Shown here in pieces: positions 57,432 to 64,000 of a stretch of 64,000 bases of DNA (positions are counted from its first letter, which is position 1; every line of letters starts with the position of its first letter). The notes beneath the pieces are model-generated. The model saw only the letters and a list, made by a program, of their open reading frames with translations. It searched no databases and was not told where the DNA came from. The position numbers were made by a program, and so were the translations under genes. The DNA comes from Macrostomum hystrix (lineage: Eukaryota; Animalia; Platyhelminthes), in assembly GCA_950097015.1 (NCBI GenBank), contig CATNEN010000034.1, positions 7,626,001 to 7,690,000 on the forward strand, written 5' to 3'.

Positions 57432-59895
57432 TACTACTAAGGGAAATATGGGATCTTTTAGGGAATTTATGGTATTTCGTGGAATATCACAAACTGGCTA
57501 TTGTTTGGGATAAATTTAGTAACTATTTAGTGGCTAGGGCGTCATACTCGCTACTTGAAGATCGGGGGTTCGATTCCTGAGTTCGCTGGAACAAATTGAG
57601 TCCTTTATCAATACATTTAACTCTGTATTGCTTCGGTTCGCCCAGCTATTAATTGGGTACCAAGCTTTAGCTGTAGTACTTTAGGGTCGGTGTGCAATAC
57701 GTAGCTAAGGCTGTGCTGTAGACTAAACACACAGACAATCCAGGTAGCCTTTCTTAGAATCCTACTGACAATAGTTTAGGGGATTGATGGTATCTGTGGG
57801 GATTATAATAGAAAAAAAATAGTTTCTTGTGAATTGATGCAATTTTTGTGCTATTGGCTGTCACTTAGATATCATAACAAGGATGGAATTATTAGAACCC
57901 AGATAATTTAGTGGAATTTTTAATCCACTAAAAATCACAAAATTGATCAGAAAAACAAAAAGGTCACTCACAGTGGTCTGATGCACAGCCTCGTAAGTCA
58001 GGGTGCCGGACCTGGACACAATGCCAATCTTGCCAGGCCGGTGAATATGACCCGGCATGATGCCAATCTTGCACTGGCCTGGAGCAATGATGCCGGGACA
58101 ATTGGGACCAATCAGGCGACTCTTGGACTGCCTGCTGAGCCGGTGCCGCACCCTGACCATGTCGTGCTGCGGAATGCCCTCCGTGATGCACACTATCAGC
58201 GGCACCTCGGCGTCCAAGGCTTCGTGAATAGCGGCGGCGGCGAATGGGGCCGGCACGTAAATCACAGTGGCGTCGCATTGGGTGGCTTTGCGAGCCTCAG
58301 TAACAGTATTGAAGACGGGCAAGTTCAGGTGCTTCTGGCCGCCTTTGCCTGGCGACACACCGCCAACTACCTTGGTGCCGTACTCTATGGCCTGAGTGCT
58401 GTGGAAGGTGCCCTGCGGTGAGGTTTGAGTTATGGGTGTCAGCGCTGTGGAATCTACATATTCACGAAACAATGGGAGCTAGATATTCACTAATGAGTGG
58501 GATCTAGATATTCACTAATGAGTGGGATCTAGATATTCACTAATGAGTGGGATCTAGATATTCACTAATGAGTGGGATCTAGATATTCACTAATGAGTGG
58601 GATCTAGATATTCACTAATGATTGGGATCTAGACATTCACCAATGAGTGGGATCTAGATATTCACTAATTATTGGGATCTAGATATTCACTAATGAGTGG
58701 GATCTAGATATTCACTAATGAGTGGGATCTAGATATTCACTAATGAGTGGGATCTAGATATTCACTAATGAGTGGGATCTAGATATTCACCAATGAGTGG
58801 GATCTAGATATTCACTAATGAGTGGGATCTAGATATTCACTAATGAGTGGGATCTAGATATTCACTAATGAGTGGGATCTAGATATTCACTAATGAATGG
58901 GATCTAGATATTCACTAATGAGTGGGATCTAGATATTCACTAATGATTAGGATCTAGATATTCACTAATGATTAGGATCTAGATATTCACTAATGAGTGG
59001 GATCTAGATATTCACTAATGAGTGGGATCTAGATATTCACTAATGAGTGGGATCTAGATATTCACTAATGAGTGGGATCTAGATATTCACCAATGATTGG
59101 GATCTAGATATTCACTAATGAGTGGGATCTAGATATTCACCAATGATTGGGATCTAGATATTCATTAATGATTGGGATCTAGATATTCACAAATGAGTGG
59201 GATCTAGATATTCACTAATGAGTGGGATCTAGATATTCACTAATGAGTGGGATCTAGATATTCACTAATGATTGGGATCTAGATATTCACTAATGAGTGG
59301 GATCTAGATATTCACTAATGAGTGGGATCTAGATATTCACTAATGAGTGGGATCTAGATAGTCACCAATGAGTGGGATCTAGATATTCACTAATGAGTGG
59401 GATCTAGATAGTCACCAATGAGTGGGATCTAGATATTCACCAATGATTGGGATCTAGATATTCACTAATGAGTGGGATCTAGATATTCACCAATGAGTGG
59501 GATCTAGATATTCATTAATGAATGGGATCTAGATATTCACTAATAAGTGGGATCTAGATATTCACCAATGAATGGGATCTAGATATTCACTAATGAGTGG
59601 GATCTAGATATTCACTAATGAATGGGATCTATAATAGATATTCACTAATGAGTGGGATCTAGATAGCCACTAATGAGTGGATTTAAGTATTAGAAATCAA
59701 TCAATCATGGGTTTAAGGTGTCAGAAATCGATGGGTAAGACTCACTTGCTTGCCAGTGAAACCCTGACAGATGACCTTGGTGTCCTTGTTAATCTTCAGA
59801 TTTGGCCTAGTAGCAACATAGTCAGACAAAAGTCGGTTGGTTGCTAGGCGGGACTGGCGAACAGCCACCAATAAGCGACAAGATACAAACGACAT
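56732..59895 (-). CDS. SUCLG1: Succinate--CoA ligase subunit alpha, mitochondrial, 329 aa; complement join(59895..59746,58412..57972,57130..56732)
   Basis: [12 protein letters not shown]|[61 protein letters not shown] and the phospho-His motif [11 protein letters not shown]. The Arg/Ser-rich N-terminus fits a mitochondrial targeting peptide. Two phase-0 GT-AG introns. Confidence 0.97.
57372..57436. repeat. Short TTCTACT/TTC low-complexity repeat
   Basis: Directly visible. Confidence 0.8.
57524..57730 (+). mobile_element. Diverged, internally deleted copy of the same SINE, antisense in SUCLG1 intron 2
   Basis: B box GGTTCGATTCC at 57567-57577; TTTAACTCTGTATTGCTTCGGTTCGCCCAGCT matches the CORE-like segment of the 61.5-kb copy. 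Confidence 0.75.
58478..59682. repeat. Minisatellite, 25-bp unit GATCTAGATATTCACTAATGAGTGG x~48 (SUCLG1 intron 1)
   Basis: Directly visible. Confidence 0.98.
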
Positions 59896-61499
59896 GTTTC
59901 CCTAAATGAGCTGTGGAAATGTAAATTAGGTAATTTATTAAATATTTGAACTTTATTAAAAATAAATTAAAGGCATGTCTTTGACTTCACTACAGAATTT
60001 ATTTTCAGCTCAACCTTAATAAAACCATTTTAGAAAATGCTAATGCAAATTCTAATGAATCAAAATCACATTCGTAAAAAAATATTTTTTTTTACTTTTA
60101 GTTTTGAGAACTTAATTAAATGTGATATAGAAGTTTATTCATAAGGCTAGGGCATTTAATTAACCTGAAACTTTATGAGTATGGACTCGTCATTAAAACT
60201 AGATAAAATATCAGAATCCAAAAAGTAATTTCTCTGCATAGACTGAAAAAATTTCCTTTAAAGCATTAATAGAGTTTGACATCAATTTATTATAAATAAA
60301 TTTTTGCTTAAGAAAGTAAGTAACTTTCTAAGAGTTGGACAGTGTTACATTTTTTTCCCATAAAGATTAGCCTTTATAGGTATGAGTTGCTTGAAAACAG
60401 CAATTCTAACTTATCAACCTGAATAAACCTTATTCAATAGAGTATTTATAATTGAAATAGTTTTTTAATTCCAAAGCACAATTGTCATTTTTGCACAAAG
60501 TTCATGGACATGCAATTAAAAAAGGTGCCAGAGACATGTGTACACAAAAATGTTTTTGTCCTATAGGGCAGTGCACTATACCACACATCCACCCACACAA
60601 AATGGCAGGCAATGTGCAATGTTGCCCTGCCCTTTTAGTTGTTTACACAATTTAATTACACATATATAATTGCATAAGGCCTACATATATTCGAAACAAG
60701 CTTACAGTTTTACAAAAAAAAAGATTTCTATTTTATAGATGACTTGAAATATAGATTATAGTTATACTAAACAGTCTTTAACTTAGATGCTAGCATTTTT
60801 TATAAGAATCTGAGAAAAAAATTAAATTCTGCACACTATAATCATAATTACCATAGAAAATTCGCTTAAAAAACTAGTCGCATTTTAATTGTAATGAAAA
60901 CGTTTTCTTTTAGTATTAAAGTGAACCTTATTTGCATTTCTATAATCATCATCAACCACCAAAATGATTCTATCAACATTCGCAGTTATAATTTTAGGAT
61001 TCGGTGTTTTGTGATAATTCAGGAGGGCTAAGCTAGATCCACAAACAAATACTTTATAATCGTATACAATATAAATATAAAGCTCAAGTCTCTTCTTCAT
61101 TTTAAAGTGCAATAAGAATCAGCTCAAATTGCAATAATTACATTTAATCACGTATTGACAGTAAAAAGCATTTCTTCTTACTTATTTAATAATAAAAAAA
61201 CAATTATTATTACTACAGGGATGCGTAGCAATTTTTTATCTGTCTATGTATAAGCAAATGTTTTGATTTGTTATATAATATTTTAGATCTATATTCCGGT
61301 GGTTTTACTGATAAGATAACTAAATATCGAGGTTCCGTTTTAAGTTTTTTCCTGTGTCTAACAGATTACAGCGTCTGAGGGAATTTACAGCTACAAGAAA
61401 ACAATTAAATAAAAGACAACGAGATGTTTTCTCCATCTTGACGAAATTATGACGAAGGTTCCGAATCCCAACAAGCTTGAATATTCATGCATCATGCAT

Positions 61500-61812
61500 T
61501 GAGCAGAGGTTGTAGCCTAGTGGTTAGGGCGTCGGACTCACGACTTGAAGGTCGGGGGTTCGATTCCCGACTCCACTGGAACAATTTGCGTCCTTTAGCA
61601 AGACACTTAACTCTGCATTGCTTCAGTTCACCCAGCTGTTAAATGGGTAGCAGCATTAGCTGGGATAGTTGAAGGTGGGTGTGGCGTCCCCCCAGTCCGT
61701 GGACTGAACAGCTGTACGCAGCCTTCAGATGCGCCGCGCATTAGCTGCGGCTGTGCTGTCAGCTGCACATCTGACCCAATTGGGGCAGGTGTAATCAATT
61801 ATTATTATTATT
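61500..61812 (+). mobile_element. Full-length tRNA-derived SINE with CORE(MIR)-like central domain
   Basis: Pol III A box TAGCCTAGTGG (61513-61523) and B box GGTTCGATTCC (61557-61567). Central GCAAGACACTTAACTCT...TTCAGTT...CTGTTAAATGGG resembles the CORE domain. (ATT)n tail; 9-bp direct repeat ATCATGCAT at 61491-61499 and 61813-61821 (TSD). Confidence 0.85.
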
Positions 61813-62417
61813 ATCATGCATCTCCCTTTCCATTATGAATGCGGCTTTAATATGTAATTTGTAATGATTTGTAAAAGCCCTAAAAAAGCAATTTGATAAT
61901 TGTTACTTCTTAAGGAACCGAAAGAAATTATTAAAAAGAAAAATTATTGCACTTCTCATAACTAGAATTGAACTTTTAATAGTATGAGATTTGTCGGTGT
62001 CAACCGTGACTATAGAAATTTGAGTGACTGAACAGTGCTACTAGCTGTACATCAGGCCCAAACGGGCTAGGTATTCGTGTCAATTAAAAAAAATGATAAT
62101 GATCTAATGAAAATTGGAGAGCTTGATCTAGGTCAAGGACCACTCAAAGACCAACCGTAGTATAACTGCAGCATGTTATACTACAGCATGGTCCTTGATC
62201 TAGGTAACCTCTAGTACCTTCTTGTATAATGACCCAATTGTCTTGGAGTTGTAAAAAGCTGCTTCCCACGACCGCCTGCAAGATAGGTCGGGTTCACACT
62301 GGAGCTGGTCTTGGGTAGGGTCGGTCCATCGATCGTTTCGGAACATGACACATCTTTAAAAAGAGCCAAATTCCTCGCATCGGCAGCAGCTGGGTCGTCG
62401 AATTAGCGTTGGAGCAC

Positions 62418-62805
62418 CAGCAGCTAACACTGAATGCCAGCAGCTAACACTGAATGCCAGCAGCTAACACTGAATGCCAGCAGCTAACACTGAATGCCAG
62501 CAGCTAACACTGAATGCCAGCAGCTAACACTGAATGCCAGCAGCTAACACTGAATGCCAGCAGCCAACACTGAATGCCAGCAGCCAACACTGAATGCCAG
62601 CAGCTAACACTGAATGCCAGCAGCTAACACTGAATGCCAGCAGCCAACACTGAATGCCAGCAGCCAACACTGAATGCCAGCAGCTAACACTGAATGCCAG
62701 CAGCTAACACTGAATGCCAGCAGCTAACACTGAATGCCAGCAGCCAACACTGAATGCCAGCAGCTAACACTGAATGCCAGCAGCTAACACTGAATGCCAG
62801 CAGCC
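62418..62805. repeat. Minisatellite, 20-bp unit CAGCAGCTAACACTGAATGC x~19
   Basis: Directly visible. Confidence 0.97.
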
Positions 62806-63068
62806 GCTTCTCTCTGAACGAGATCTTGCCGCACCCACAGCTCTATTCTCTACTCTACAGCTCCAGCTAGGGCAGTTGCGGACCCGACGGTTCGTTGACT
62901 GTCTAACAGAAGACGCTATAAGGCACTTGATCAGCCAATGCACCCGTGCTGTTTTCATTTGTGCAGAGACTGCGAGTTAGCATGCAAATTGACAAAGTAC
63001 CCTTTCCTGACCTACTTAGTGACAAGCCGCGTACTGTGCACTTGCTGCATGTACTTGTGTTGTATCCA

Positions 63069-63382
63069 TAACCCAGTGGTTAGAGCGTCGGACTCACGAC
63101 TTAAAGGTCGGAGGTTCGATTCCTAACTTCACTCGAACAATTCGGATCCTCTATCAATAAATTTACTTGTTAAGTTCACACTGGGTAATTGGGGTATGCC
63201 CCTAAAGCAAGGCGTCCCCCCCAGTCCATGGACTGAACAATTACTACTGAACTAGTCTATAGTGGTCCTCGGCACTGAAAAGCCGTACACAGCCTTCTGA
63301 TGCGCCGCGCAATGACTGCGACTGATCGAGTTTTTGGCTGTACATCTGACCTAATCGATTCTGGTGTAAATCAAATCAATCC
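63069..63382 (+). mobile_element. Diverged copy of the same tRNA-derived SINE
   Basis: Shares GTGGTTAG.GCGTCGGACTCACGACTT.AAGGTCGG.GGTTCGATTCC, GGCGTCCCCCCAGTCC.TGGACTGAACA and GCCTTC.GATGCGCCGCGCA with the 61.5-kb copy. Confidence 0.8.
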
Positions 63383-64000
63383 TGTTTGGTAATAATTTGT
63401 CCATGTCAAATTCTCTCATCTCCGCAGCAGTATTGAACCAGAAATCACAGATTCATACAAGCAGCCATCGTGTTGGTGCCTTGCTTTCACTTTCACAGGA
63501 AGCTTCATCTTTATCGTCTTGAGCATCTCTTCTCGGCTTCCAACCAGAAGCCTTTGTCGGAGCTCTGCAGCCTATTGTGAATTCAAAATGGCAACTCTTG
63601 TTGTTGCTGTGTGGGACTGGGACTGGGACTCATTGCTTCATTCAATGTGCGCTAAACTCTGGAGAGCACAGGGTTGGTTGGACGCGATTGAGGTGAAAAA
63701 CTATTTTTTCTTTTCTTCTAATTGAGGAACCTGGAGCGGGAAAACCGGCTTCACCTCTCTCTCCTGCTCTTGCTGCCGGCTTATTCTTAAACTAGACTCT
63801 CGTCTCCAAGCCTTGAATCTGTTCAAATGTAAAGCCCCTTTTCAACAAAATGAGAAGACGGCTTGGTCGATGCCTGCAAAATTTACTTCGCGTATTATTG
63901 ACAGCGATTTTGCATAATGTCCTTGGCTAAAAATGCTTTGCTGATGCTTCTGCAACCTTTCTAGTTACATGGGCTAACAAATTATTCATTAAGGTCTGCT

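Noticed and set aside
17969-59682. CRISPR-like appearance of 20-26-bp repeats
   Set aside because: Units are head-to-tail with no unique spacers, there are no cas genes, and the context is eukaryotic.
61503-61575. tRNA gene
   Set aside because: A and B boxes are present, but there is no closed cloverleaf or poly-T terminator, and it continues into a SINE body shared with two other copies.
62200-63730. Short coding-like stretches at ~62220-62400 and ~63440-63590 (minus strand)
   Set aside because: Open 40-60 codons with plausible splice sites, but no recognisable domain or consistent exon chain within the window.

Overview
Eukaryotic (metazoan) genomic DNA, not prokaryotic. The GC-rich exons, CAG/poly-Ala tracts and extreme minisatellite load suggest a free-living flatworm such as Macrostomum, but this is an inference and was not verified. 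Four protein-coding genes can be assembled by hand from canonical GT-AG introns with consistent phases. On the + strand is a six-finger Gfi1/senseless transcription factor (4172-9564). On the - strand are three co-directional genes: SUCLG1 (59895-56732), an unannotated two-exon coiled-coil protein with a degenerate CAP-Gly-like domain that has no start exon of its own (55670-52547), and RPAP2/Rtr1 (50134-~41675). A young 4.55-kb Ty3/Gypsy (Mag-like) LTR retrotransposon sits antisense in RPAP2 intron 2, inside a minisatellite. Three tRNA-derived CORE-like SINE copies lie at 57.5, 61.5 and 63.1 kb. About 23 kb (~36%, summed by hand) is ~28 minisatellite arrays with mostly different 14-42 bp units, and nearly all long ORFs in the supplied track are artefacts of these. 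The most interesting signals are (i) intronic arrays that are tandem amplifications of the host gene's own splice signals (a 5' splice site x~88; a TACTAAC branch point x~40), pointing to in-situ seeding of arrays, and (ii) a possible trans-spliced operon in which the middle gene may obtain its AUG from the spliced leader.
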